Shown here in pieces: positions 27,204 to 35,838 of a stretch of DNA of 64,000 bases (the stretch's first letter is position 1; each line of letters begins with the position of its first letter). Location of the stretch: the NCBI GenBank assembly GCA_043822125.1, contig JBDRCB010000009.1:79736-143735 (forward strand), in the 5' to 3' direction. Both the position numbers and the translations under genes were made by a program. Origin of the DNA: an archaeon. Lineage in GTDB: Archaea > Nanobdellota > Nanobdellia > Pacearchaeales > GW2011-AR1. The notes below the pieces were generated by a model. The model saw only the letters and a list, made by a program, of their open reading frames with translations. It did no database searches and had not been told where the DNA came from.

Positions 27204-27497
27204 TTACTTGAATTTATAATTTCCTCCTTCAATTTTAATTGCTTTTCCTTTCACAATTGCATCTGAGATTTTTTTTCTCGCGCTTTTCAAAAGACGAGAC
27301 AGCGTCGGCTGGCTGATATTCATCTGCTTGCCTGCTTTTATCTGCTCTGTCTGCTCTAAATCAACTAATCGAACAGCCTCGTATTCTTCCAAGGTAAGTA
27401 TAACCTCTTCTAAATCAGCAAGTCTTATCCCTGCAGGTTTAAAATAAATCACATCCGGCCTGAATCTAATTCTTCTGCAAATTCTTGGGCGGGGCAT
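27204..27497 (-). CDS. DUF134 (UPF0251) predicted DNA-binding protein
   Basis: MPRPRICRRI...YFKPAG...LTLEEYEAVRLVDLE...QMNISQPTLSRLL (sigma-70 region-4-like HTH). Confidence 0.8.
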   Translation of the reverse strand: MPRPRICRRIRFRPDVIYFKPAGIRLADLEEVILTLEEYEAVRLVDLEQTEQIKAGKQMNISQPTLSRLLKSARKKISDAIVKGKAIKIEGGNYKFK

Positions 27498-27524
27498 TTT
27501 AAAATAAAATAAAATTTAATAGGT

Positions 27525-27773
27525 TTATTTAAGTTCCTTCAAAACTTTTTCCAGTTCTTTTTTTTCAGCTTCAATTTCTGCAAGTTCTGCTTCTAAAACT
27601 TTTCTTTCTTCATCCTTTGTAAGCTGAACTGGTTGGAAGTATCTCCAGCCAAAACCCCTGCTGAATCCCCTCCCAAAGCCACGCCTAAAGCCAATTCCTG
27701 CTCCACATAATCCTAAACTTTTTCCTGTTAAAGCACCTTGTCCTAAAGGTCCTGTTCTATCTTGTCCTGGCAT
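27525..27773 (-). CDS. DUF5320-like small protein
   Basis: MPGQDRTGPLGQGALTGKSLGLCG... followed by a C-terminal coiled coil. This family commonly neighbours DUF134. Confidence 0.65.
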   Translation of the reverse strand: MPGQDRTGPLGQGALTGKSLGLCGAGIGFRRGFGRGFSRGFGWRYFQPVQLTKDEERKVLEAELAEIEAEKKELEKVLKELK

Positions 27774-27841
27774 TTTAATTTTTCTCCAATTTAGTTATGA
27801 ATACATATTCATTATACTATTTAAATGTTTCGCTAAAGATG

Positions 27842-28396
27842 TTACTTCTCGACAACCTCTACTTTCTTGTCCTCAATTAAAATTTCAGCAATCTCTTTCG
27901 AAATATTTGCTACCTGTCCTTTTTGAAACGGCCCTGTTTTTTTTCCTTCAACATCTACAAATTCCTCAACATCATCCAAAAAAACAACAAGTTCATTTTT
28001 AGATTCAGATTCTGATTTCCCATTTAGAATCTCACTGAGTTTTTTATCTGAAAAATCAATGCACTTCATAAGCTCCTCAAACAGCTCTTTCTCAAATTGA
28101 AGCATATTATCAAAATCCTGCTTTGAAATTCCTGTTTCAGCTGCAATAAGCACAAGATTCAGGATTTTTTTTCTGCGTCTAAGCATAAGCTCCTTGAAAA
28201 GAGTTATTGCATTCTCGAGCTGTTTTTTTGTTTTAATGATAACATCAGAAAAAACATCATCGCTCTTTTCAGCAACCTGCTTTTTATCCCTCAGATAATC
28301 AGCAACATCAATTACAAAATTTTTAGAAAGATTCTGCAACTGCTCTGAATACCTCTCTTTCCTCGCAGATTCGTAAATATCATTATAAGTTATCAT
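27842..28396 (-). CDS. GINS subunit (Gins51-like), putative
   Basis: 184 aa. The N-terminal helical A-domain (ERYSEQLQNLSKNFVIDVADYL, RRRKKILNLVLIAA) and C-terminal B-domain (VVFLDDVEEFVDVEGKKTGPFQKGQVANISKEIAEILI) follow the archaeal Gins51 layout. Confidence 0.6.
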   Translation of the reverse strand: MITYNDIYESARKERYSEQLQNLSKNFVIDVADYLRDKKQVAEKSDDVFSDVIIKTKKQLENAITLFKELMLRRRKKILNLVLIAAETGISKQDFDNMLQFEKELFEELMKCIDFSDKKLSEILNGKSESESKNELVVFLDDVEEFVDVEGKKTGPFQKGQVANISKEIAEILIEDKKVEVVEK

Positions 28397-28444
28397 CTTT
28401 TAGAAAAATTCAGAGATATTTAATAATTGCTGTGCTTCAAAAAT

Positions 28445-29677
28445 CTATTTGTCAAAACCAACTTTTTTCAGCAGTTCTTTGCCCATAATTCTTCCAAGAG
28501 TGCCGATTCTTGCTTCTTTCTCGCAGAATTTTTTTGCTTTTGGAATAGAATCATTATAAAATAAAACAGGGACTGGGTCTGCTGAATGATTTTTTAATTT
28601 GCAGGGAGTGGAATGGTCCGCTGTAACAACAACTTTAATTTTTCTTGGTGGAGCAAACTTGCGGAGAAATTTGAAAAGAGTTTTATCCAAGTATTCAATC
28701 ATCTCCTTTTTCTCAACAGGTTTATTGTCATGTCCAGGAAGATCTGTCTCTTTTATATGAATATAAATATAATCTGAATTTTTGGATTTTTTCAGAACTT
28801 TTGTGGAAAATTTAGCTGCTTTACGAAGTCCTTCATACAAACTTTTGTAAGAATCAAAGCTTTTTAGTTTTGGGTAATCAAAAAACTGAACATCCATTCC
28901 GCACGACTTTGCAAACCCTATCTCAAGAGGCATATACACTGCAGCAGTCCATCTTCTATAAAGCTTCAGTTTTGGAATCTCTATCCCTGCTCCTCTAACC
29001 AACAAATAATTCGCAGGCAACAATCCGATTTTTCTTCTCTCTTCATTAATAGGATGCTTGTCAAGAACTTCAAATGCTTTTTTGAGAAATTCGTTCAAAA
29101 CATTTGCAGTATACTGCGAATTTTCCTCGTCGTCAAGAGGTTTGCATTCTCCTGCCTTATCAATTAATTTTGATTTCCCTTGATTATATGTAGAATCATT
29201 TCCAGAAATATTATCTGAAAAACCGCCTCTCAAAACAAGAACTCCTCTGTGCTGAACAGTTGATTTAATTTCAAATTTAACAGGAAGTGGAATTTTATTT
29301 AATGCTTTTACAAGAACTTCTGCTTCAGCTGTTTTCAGTGTTCTACCTGCCCTTCTGTCAATAATATTCATATTATTGTCAACTGTCGCAAAATTAATTC
29401 TTAAAGTCAAATCCCCTCTTGTTACATTCAAGCCAGCACCTTTTGCTTCCAACTGCCCTCTTGTGCTGGAAATCAAATCATTTCCAAAAATAGATACAAT
29501 TGCTTCATCTGATTCTGGAATAAATCCTGGACGAACAGGATACATATAGCCAAGTTCTCCGCGCGTTGCTAAAAAATCAAGATTAGGAGTATTTGCAGAT
29601 TCTAAAGGTGTTTTATCTCCAAGGAGATTATGAGGTAAATCCCCCATTCCATCAATAATCACAAATATCCCCTTCAT
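28445..29677 (-). CDS. apgM: Cofactor-independent phosphoglycerate mutase, archaeal type
   Basis: 410 aa. VIIDGMGD, the TDLPGHD-like region and VVTADHSTPC motifs. Confidence 0.9.
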   Translation of the reverse strand: MKGIFVIIDGMGDLPHNLLGDKTPLESANTPNLDFLATRGELGYMYPVRPGFIPESDEAIVSIFGNDLISSTRGQLEAKGAGLNVTRGDLTLRINFATVDNNMNIIDRRAGRTLKTAEAEVLVKALNKIPLPVKFEIKSTVQHRGVLVLRGGFSDNISGNDSTYNQGKSKLIDKAGECKPLDDEENSQYTANVLNEFLKKAFEVLDKHPINEERRKIGLLPANYLLVRGAGIEIPKLKLYRRWTAAVYMPLEIGFAKSCGMDVQFFDYPKLKSFDSYKSLYEGLRKAAKFSTKVLKKSKNSDYIYIHIKETDLPGHDNKPVEKKEMIEYLDKTLFKFLRKFAPPRKIKVVVTADHSTPCKLKNHSADPVPVLFYNDSIPKAKKFCEKEARIGTLGRIMGKELLKKVGFDK

Positions 29678-29762
29678 AATATAAAACAGATTCTTCTCTT
29701 TATAAGAATTTATATTCCTTAAAAGAAGAAAACATTATAAATCTTAAAAAGATTATTAAAAC

Positions 29763-30845
29763 ATGTTTGGAAAATTAAAAGAAAAATTAAAATCATGGAC
29801 AAAAAGAATCTCAAAAGAAGTTGAAGAAATAGAGGAGATTATTGAAAAAAAACCAGAAAGAAAAAAATTAAAGGAGATAAAACTACCTGAAAATTTCAAT
29901 GCAGGAACCCAAAAATTTGAGCCTGATTTGGAAAAAATTCCTGAAATAGAAAAAGAGCGTAAATCATTTTTAAAAAAAATAACATCAAAAATAAGCAGAG
30001 TAAAAATAAATGAAAAAGAATTTGAAGTCTATTCTGAAGAGCTGGAAATGCTCCTGCTTGAAAATAATGTTGCATTCGAAGTCGCAGAAAAAATAATTAA
30101 AGAATTAAAGGAAAGGATTGTCGGACAGGACTTGTTGAGAAAAGAAATTGAATCAGAAATAAAAGACATTTTCAAGGAAATTATTCAGGAAATTTTAATT
30201 GAGCCTTTTGACATAATAAAAAAAACAAAAGAAAAAAATTCAGATTCAAAAGAGCCATATGTAATTCTCTTCTGCGGAATCAACGGAACAGGCAAAACAA
30301 CTACAATTGCAAAAATAGCAGAACATCTAAAGAAAAAGGGTTTCACTTGTGTTCTTGCTGCAGCAGACACCTTTCGGGCAGCCTCAATTGAACAAATAAA
30401 AAAACACGGAGAAAAATTAAAGATAAAAGTCATAGCAAACGAATACGGCTCTGACCCTGCTTCTGTTGGTTTTGATGCAGTGAATTATGCGAAAAAAAAC
30501 AAAATAAACTGCGTGCTGATAGATACTGCTGGAAGAATGCATACTGCAAAAAATCTTTTAAATGAAATAGAAAAAATATCCAAAGTCTGCAAGCCTGACT
30601 GTAAAATATTCGTAGGAGAAAGTATAACAGGAAACGATGCAATAGAGCAAGTGAAAGGTTTTGATTGGGCAATTGGAATTGATGGGATAATCCTCACAAA
30701 AGCAGACATCGATGAAAAAGGCGGAACAGCACTCAGCGTTGGCTATGTGACGAAAAAACCAATTTTATTTTTAGGAACCGGACAGGAGTATGATGCTATT
30801 GAGGTTTTTGACAAAAATAAATTTATCAAAAAATTAGGGTTGTAA
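29763..30845 (+). CDS. ftsY: Signal recognition particle receptor FtsY
   Basis: NG domain: FCGINGTGKTTTIAKIA, DTAGRMH, TKADIDEKGG. TATA-like core 29 nt upstream. Confidence 0.95.
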   Translation: MFGKLKEKLKSWTKRISKEVEEIEEIIEKKPERKKLKEIKLPENFNAGTQKFEPDLEKIPEIEKERKSFLKKITSKISRVKINEKEFEVYSEELEMLLLENNVAFEVAEKIIKELKERIVGQDLLRKEIESEIKDIFKEIIQEILIEPFDIIKKTKEKNSDSKEPYVILFCGINGTGKTTTIAKIAEHLKKKGFTCVLAAADTFRAASIEQIKKHGEKLKIKVIANEYGSDPASVGFDAVNYAKKNKINCVLIDTAGRMHTAKNLLNEIEKISKVCKPDCKIFVGESITGNDAIEQVKGFDWAIGIDGIILTKADIDEKGGTALSVGYVTKKPILFLGTGQEYDAIEVFDKNKFIKKLGL

Positions 30846-30871
30846 ATTTTTCTGCTATTTGCTTAAAAATT

Positions 30872-31120
30872 TTAGGGAAAATATTCAAATTTTTCTTTTA
30901 ATCCTTCAAATAACAGCAGATTTCCTTTGCGAACGGGAAGATCTCCCATCTCATCTTCGCGACGGACAAATGGAAAAATCCCCTCATTATCATTCATATA
31001 TAATCTTCCGTGCACAACCCTGCAAATTCCCAGCAAAACTTCCTTAGGATCAAGCTGTCTGATTAAAACGACTCTTCTTCTCTGATATTGAGCAAGTTCT
31101 GAAAGCCCTATCTTTTTCAT
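30872..31120 (-). CDS. Hypothetical protein (82 aa)
   Basis: ORF with start re-called to ATG 31120, where a TATA-like core lies 29 nt upstream; the track start is a TTG. No family recognised. Confidence 0.4.
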   Translation of the reverse strand: MKKIGLSELAQYQRRRVVLIRQLDPKEVLLGICRVVHGRLYMNDNEGIFPFVRREDEMGDLPVRKGNLLLFEGLKEKFEYFP

Positions 31121-31209
31121 AAAACACAGCCAATAAAACAATTATTAAATCTTGCGGAAGATGCTTCTAAAACCCAAAAACTTAATAATCTTCTTTTTGC
31201 TTCTAAAAT

Positions 31210-32589
31210 ATGCTAGAACATCTTGGAGAAGTTCTTCGGAAAGCAACAAATAAAATAGCAAATGCTATCTTTTTAGACAAAAATTTAGTGGATTCTATTA
31301 TAAGAGATTTGCAGAGAGTCCTAATTGAAGCAGATGTCAACATACAATTGGTAAAAGAACTATCTGATAAAATAAGAAAATCTGCATTTGATGAAAGAAT
31401 AAAAGAAATTGATAAAAAAGAGCATCTGATAAAAATTCTCCACGACGAACTTGCACAGATTTTCGGAGAGCACAAACAGCTTAAGATAAAATCAACACAG
31501 AACAAAATAATGTTTCTTGGATTATATGGTGCTGGAAAGACAACCACAATAGGAAAATTAGGGAATTATTATGCCAAGAGAGGAAAAAAAGTAATCCTCA
31601 TCGGGCTTGATGTTCATCGCCCTGCAGCAAAAGAGCAGTTAAAACAGATAGCAGAAAAGAATAAACTAAATTATTTTATTGATTTAGAAGAGACAGATGC
31701 ATTGAAAACATGGAAAAAATTTGAGAAAAAAATAAAAGATTATGACTTAATATTAATAGATACTGCAGGGAGGCACAATCTTGACAAAGAACTTACAAAA
31801 GAAATAAAATCACTCTCTAAAGAAATAAAGCCAACAGAAATAATTTTAGTCATGCCTGCGGATATAGGACAGGCAGCAAAAACACAGGCTAAAGAATTCA
31901 AAGAGGCTGTCAATGTTTCCGGTGTTATTATAACAAGAATGGATTCAACTGCAAAAGGTGGTGGTGCTCTGACAGCATGTGCAGAAACCAATGCTCCTAT
32001 TTATTTTATAACAAACGGGGAAAAAATCAATGACATAGAAGAATTTAATCCAAAGACTTTTTTATCAAGATTGCTGGGCATGGGGGATCTGCAGAATTTA
32101 ATTGAAAAAATCCGTTCTGTCACAGGCGAAGCAGAGCAGGAAAAAATACAAAAAAAAATACAAGAGGGAAAAATATCCCTGGAAGATGTTATAGAGCAAG
32201 TGAAATCTATGAACTCCCTAGGGGGTTTTGAAAAAATAAAATCAATGATACCTGGAATTGGAAGTGCAAAGATTCCTGAAAACATGATAGAGACGCAAGA
32301 GCAAAAGATTGCGAAATGGGAGCACATTTTAAAATCTATGACAAAGAAAGAAAGAGAAAACCCTGAAATCCTCGACGACAAAAAAACAGGAACTTCAAGA
32401 ATGAACAGAATTGCAAGGGGGGCAGGAGTGAATAACTCAGATATCAGAGCTTTGTTAAAGCAATATAAAATGCTGGGTAGTATGATTAAAGAAGGATTTG
32501 CAGATATGGATATTTCAAAAGGCATGTCGCAGAAGCAGATGATGAAACTCGCTAAGAAATTCGGAAAGACAAAAAAGATAAGATTTTAA
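31210..32589 (+). CDS. srp54: Signal recognition particle protein SRP54
   Basis: GLYGAGKTTTIGKL, DTAGRH, TRMDSTAKGG and a Met-rich M domain. Confidence 0.95.
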   Translation: MLEHLGEVLRKATNKIANAIFLDKNLVDSIIRDLQRVLIEADVNIQLVKELSDKIRKSAFDERIKEIDKKEHLIKILHDELAQIFGEHKQLKIKSTQNKIMFLGLYGAGKTTTIGKLGNYYAKRGKKVILIGLDVHRPAAKEQLKQIAEKNKLNYFIDLEETDALKTWKKFEKKIKDYDLILIDTAGRHNLDKELTKEIKSLSKEIKPTEIILVMPADIGQAAKTQAKEFKEAVNVSGVIITRMDSTAKGGGALTACAETNAPIYFITNGEKINDIEEFNPKTFLSRLLGMGDLQNLIEKIRSVTGEAEQEKIQKKIQEGKISLEDVIEQVKSMNSLGGFEKIKSMIPGIGSAKIPENMIETQEQKIAKWEHILKSMTKKERENPEILDDKKTGTSRMNRIARGAGVNNSDIRALLKQYKMLGSMIKEGFADMDISKGMSQKQMMKLAKKFGKTKKIRF

Positions 32590-32611
32590 ACAGGATATTT
32601 CTATAATTCCA

Positions 32612-33109
32612 ATGAATTTAAACACAAGCATCTTAACTATCATTGTAGGAATATTAGGAATTTTATTCGGAACTTTGATAAGCCCCCGTGTGAATCAAAA
32701 ACTAATACAAAAATACAGCAGAAAAGAATTATTTTTTAAAAAGAAATTAGAGTATTTTGAAAAAATTGCAGAAAACATAGAGAACAATATTAAAATCTAT
32801 AAAAATTCAATTATGAGTTCTAATAATAAAACCAAAAAAACCAAAGAAATTATAAAAAACCTAAAAGAAGAAAGAAAGAAATTTTTAATATCCTCGAGCT
32901 TTATTTATCTAGAAAAATCTAAATTATCAGATTTAATAAAAAAATTCACAAACATAGAAAAAAACATATTTTCAGATTTTAATAAACTAACAATCAGAAA
33001 AGCCAGTCCAGAGATAGTTTCTGATTTGGAAAAGCAATTGGAAATATTAAAAAAATCAGGAAACCTTATCATTTTAGAAATGAAAAATGAAATTAAAAAA
33101 AAGCTATGA
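32612..33109 (+). CDS. Membrane-anchored coiled-coil protein, hypothetical
   Basis: 165-aa ORF with an N-terminal TM helix and a Lys/Glu-rich helical remainder. Confidence 0.5.
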   Translation: MNLNTSILTIIVGILGILFGTLISPRVNQKLIQKYSRKELFFKKKLEYFEKIAENIENNIKIYKNSIMSSNNKTKKTKEIIKNLKEERKKFLISSSFIYLEKSKLSDLIKKFTNIEKNIFSDFNKLTIRKASPEIVSDLEKQLEILKKSGNLIILEMKNEIKKKL

Positions 33110-33728
33110 ATCATCGCAGAAATCTATTATAGCGCAGGGGGCGGAAGCAGTTATTATAAAAGAAGGGGATAATATTATAAAACAGCGTATAAAAAAATCC
33201 TATAGAATCCCTGAACTTGACGAGAAAATCAGAAAACAGCGTACGCGCTCTGAAAAAAAGCTCTTAGAAAAAGTAATGCAGTTTATTTCTGCTCCTAAAA
33301 TAATCAAAACAGATGAAAAAAACAAAGAGATAATTATGGAATTTATAGAGGGGAAAAAACTTTCAGAGCACCTTGATAATTTTCCTCTGGTAGAACAGAA
33401 AAAAATATGCAGGCAAATAGGAGAAAACACAGCCAAACTCCATAACGCTGACATAATTCACAGCGATTTGACTACTTCAAATATGATTTTAAAAAACAGC
33501 AAAATTTTTTTTATTGATTTTGGACTAAGTTACATAAGCAAAAAATTCGAAGACAAAGCAGTTGATATGCATCTCTTTAAACAAGCAATAGAAGCAAAAC
33601 ATTTCAAAAACTGGGAAGTCCTCTTAAGAGAATTTGAAAAAGGTTACAAATTCATCAATAAATTGGAAGCAGAAAAAGTTTTCAATCAGCTTGAGAAAGT
33701 TGGGAAGAGGGGGAGATATAAAAATTAG
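33087..33728 (+). CDS. bud32: Bud32/PRPK atypical kinase (KEOPS subunit)
   Basis: IAQGAEAVIIK, EGKKL, IIHSDLTTSNMIL, FIDFGLS and a C-terminal basic tail. Confidence 0.85.
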   Translation: MKLKKSYESSQKSIIAQGAEAVIIKEGDNIIKQRIKKSYRIPELDEKIRKQRTRSEKKLLEKVMQFISAPKIIKTDEKNKEIIMEFIEGKKLSEHLDNFPLVEQKKICRQIGENTAKLHNADIIHSDLTTSNMILKNSKIFFIDFGLSYISKKFEDKAVDMHLFKQAIEAKHFKNWEVLLREFEKGYKFINKLEAEKVFNQLEKVGKRGRYKN

Positions 33729-34276
33729 ATTTTCAAGAAGTTTTGAAAATTTAAAAAAGAAGATTTCAAACCCCCTTCATTTTTTAAGATAATTAAAGGT
33801 GTATTAAATTTTTGAGATAAACGGATAGCCTCATTTCTTTCAGTTTCAATTTCCAATCTAGATAAGTCCAAACTAACAGAATATCTATCTCTCCCACGAA
33901 AAATCCTCCTATTAACTATTTCTTCAGGATTTGTTTCTAATAAAATATAAAGACCAAGATTCTTTGCTATATCCTCAGGACAAAGATTAACAAAAATTCC
34001 ATCCTCTAAGAAATAAGTATAACAAGTATCTATGAGGTAAATTCCAGAAGAAGACAGGGTATAAAGTTTATTAAAAAACCACCTATTAATCTCTGAACTT
34101 TTTTCTTGGTCTAATTTTGAGAGTCCAATTCCATACTTTCTTCTAGCTTCTGGACGTTTAATTTCTCCACTACGAATGTGAATAATTTTACTTAACTTCG
34201 CTGATAATACTTCACAAAGAGTTGTTTTTCCAGCCCCTGGAACCCCTCCAACATAAATAAAATTTTTATCTGACAT
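33725..34276 (-). CDS. P-loop nucleoside/nucleotide kinase, archaeal adenylate-kinase-like
   Basis: VGGVPGAGKTT Walker A, LIDTCYTY, ILLETNPEEIVNRRI..GRDR. The layout resembles the AdkA family, but the substrate is unknown. Confidence 0.6.
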   Translation of the reverse strand: MSDKNFIYVGGVPGAGKTTLCEVLSAKLSKIIHIRSGEIKRPEARRKYGIGLSKLDQEKSSEINRWFFNKLYTLSSSGIYLIDTCYTYFLEDGIFVNLCPEDIAKNLGLYILLETNPEEIVNRRIFRGRDRYSVSLDLSRLEIETERNEAIRLSQKFNTPLIILKNEGGLKSSFLNFQNFLKI

Positions 34277-34318
34277 AAATATTACTCTAAATTTAAATAT
34301 AAAAATTTTTTGGAATTA

Positions 34319-34338
34319 TAGCCCCACCAGGATTCGAA
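34319..34338. repeat. Direct repeat (distal att-like copy): 20-nt duplicate of the tRNA-Gln 3' end
   Basis: TAGCCCCACCAGGATTCGAA is identical to 35290..35309. The flanking sequence does not fold into a tRNA. Confidence 0.85.
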
Positions 34339-34529
34339 GCCCGAGCCATTTGGGTTTTAGGATTTAGGTCGTCGGTAGTAGGGGAAATGTTTAATCCTTT
34401 GCGTTTTTCTCGACGGTGAATCGTTACTTTCGAACCAATTTCACTCTTTTTTATTTTATTATTTTTTAACATTTTACAGCAAAATAAAAGCTTACTCATT
34501 AATAAATGTTTATTGAGAAAAATTAATTT

Positions 34530-34844
34530 TTAAAACTTAAATAATCTTTCATATTCTTTATGATTCATCCAATCAAGAACAATTGCTAAGATTTCCACTT
34601 CATTATTTGTGAGAGTGTAAATTAATCTCCAATCTTTTCTTAAATTATAAATCCATAAATTATTTAGATTATATTTTTGTTTAAGTTCTCGGGGGATAAG
34701 TTTTTTCTTTACATTTCTCCCGAAAAATGCGTTTTGTTTCAAGGTATTCAATGCTTCTTCTATTTCTTTTCTAAGTCTTACATCTTTTAGTTTATTAAAA
34801 GAATCTTTTAGTTCCTTATCTTTGAAAATTACTCTGGATTCCAT
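34530..34844 (-). CDS. RelE/ParE-superfamily toxin, putative
   Basis: 104 aa. ...NLWIYNLRKDWRLIYTLTNNEVEILAIVLDWMNHKEY resembles the RelE/YoeB-like C-terminal core. 16-nt overlap with the upstream small gene. Confidence 0.6.
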   Translation of the reverse strand: MESRVIFKDKELKDSFNKLKDVRLRKEIEEALNTLKQNAFFGRNVKKKLIPRELKQKYNLNNLWIYNLRKDWRLIYTLTNNEVEILAIVLDWMNHKEYERLFKF

Positions 34845-35134
34845 TCTAAGTCTTTTCTGTCTTTGTATTTATTATAAAACTCAGGGTTCCAAATGTATAC
34901 AACATAACCATCTTTGTCATAAACTATTTTATACAGGCTTTCTAAATATTCCATTATTACTTGGAAAGTTTGCCACATTACTTTTTTAGGAAGACTTTTA
35001 AACAAATCAGTTTTTTTATACTCTCCTGAATTTTCTTCTATAAAATTTTCTACCATTAAAACAGTTTGCAATGTTGGGCTTCTTGCTATGTCGTTTGTTC
35101 TATTATAATTCTTTTTTATTATTTGATGTTCCAT
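34829..35134 (-). CDS. Putative cognate antitoxin (101 aa)
   Basis: Lies immediately upstream of, and overlaps, the toxin gene, and is preceded by an 18-bp perfect palindrome. The call rests on context only. Confidence 0.45.
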   Translation of the reverse strand: MEHQIIKKNYNRTNDIARSPTLQTVLMVENFIEENSGEYKKTDLFKSLPKKVMWQTFQVIMEYLESLYKIVYDKDGYVVYIWNPEFYNKYKDRKDLEWNPE

Positions 35135-35152
35135 TTTCTCCTAAATTTGTAA

Positions 35153-35170
35153 TAATATCAATTGATATTA
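35153..35170. promoter_or_regulatory. 18-bp perfect palindrome TAATATCAATTGATATTA, candidate toxin-antitoxin operator
   Basis: Perfect inverted repeat 19 nt upstream of the antitoxin ATG (35134). Confidence 0.5.
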
Positions 35171-35289
35171 CTATATAAATGTTTCTTTTACTCCCCCAAC
35201 ACTTTATTCTTACCCATCCCAAACCCTCACTCGAATTATTACTCCATCACACTTAGGCAAATTCATGTTCTTTTGTAGTTAATCATGAG

Positions 35290-35404
35290 TAGCCCCACCA
35301 GGATTCGAACCTGGGTCACTAGCTCTCCTTGCAAACGCGAGGAGTGAAAAATGCTCGCATTTTACTCCAAAGGCTAGCATACTTGACCGCTGTACTATGG
35401 GGCT
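35290..35404 (-). tRNA. tRNA-Gln (TTG) with a 42-nt intron at 37/38
   Basis: Acceptor AGCCCCA/TGGGGCT + A, anticodon stem CTAGC/GCTAG, loop CTTTGG|A, T arm CCAGG-TTCGAAT-CCTGG. Canonical BHB: central helix CTTT/AAGG, bulges GGA and AGA, outer helix GTAAA/TTTGC. Confidence 0.9.
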
Positions 35405-35574
35405 TTATAATTTCATCTGCTCGTTTGGATGTGAAACAACAAACAAAGTAAAAGTTGTTAAACTTTTGCTTATACTATAGGTTCTGAAAAAATAAAATGA
35501 AGGTTATTTTTAAGAGTTTTGATATAGATCTTAGAGAATAATAATTCATTTAAATTAAAAATTAATATAATATC

Positions 35575-35835
35575 ATGTATCTTCCATGGTCAGAAAAAGA
35601 AGTTTCAGATTATTTGGATAACAGAAACCCAAATTTAATCAGTTTATATTTAGATAAAAGTTTAGATATTAACTCTCCTCCTGAAATTGCGAATTTTTTA
35701 GGCGGACGACTTTCACCTATGCTATTAATGATTGATGAAGAACTAATCATAAATACTTCAAAAAAAGAAGGAAGGGGTAAAGCCCTATTATTAATGGAAG
35801 AATTATTTGAACCTTCAAAGTTTATAGATAATTAA
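35575..35835 (+). CDS. Hypothetical protein (86 aa)
   Basis: ORF only; no family recognised. Confidence 0.35.
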   Translation: MYLPWSEKEVSDYLDNRNPNLISLYLDKSLDINSPPEIANFLGGRLSPMLLMIDEELIINTSKKEGRGKALLLMEELFEPSKFIDN

Positions 35836-35838
35836 TTA

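Larger units (their letters stand above)
34319..35309. mobile_element. Remnant of an element integrated at tRNA-Gln, about 0.97 kb, carrying a toxin-antitoxin pair; no integrase
   Basis: Bounded by perfect 20-nt direct repeats, one of which is the 3' end of an intact tRNA-Gln. It contains a RelE-like toxin/antitoxin pair and an atypically C-rich stretch (35190..35260). Confidence 0.55.

Noticed and set aside
32001-32525. Long antisense ORFs in the track (for example 31203..31547, 32001..32525, 37691..38209, 42257..42709 and 45502..45813) as possible overlapping genes
   Set aside because: Each lies entirely inside, and antisense to, a strongly supported conserved gene (SRP54, the RecJ-like gene, adk, the aEF-1beta region). 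Their translations are low-complexity and Ser/Phe/Ile-rich, and none has a TATA box at the 29-nt spacing. They are best explained as shadow ORFs of the sense codon usage.
34319-34400. A second tRNA gene at the distal repeat
   Set aside because: Only the 20-nt 3' acceptor/T-arm segment matches. The adjacent bases cannot pair into a T stem (CGGGC versus CCTGG), and no D or anticodon arm can be drawn.
34293-34499. The 68-aa ORF crossing the distal att-like repeat as the int(N) fragment of an SSV-type integrase
   Set aside because: The geometry fits, but the sequence has no recognisable integrase motifs and no int(C) counterpart exists next to tRNA-Gln. I keep it only as a remark in the island finding, not as a feature.
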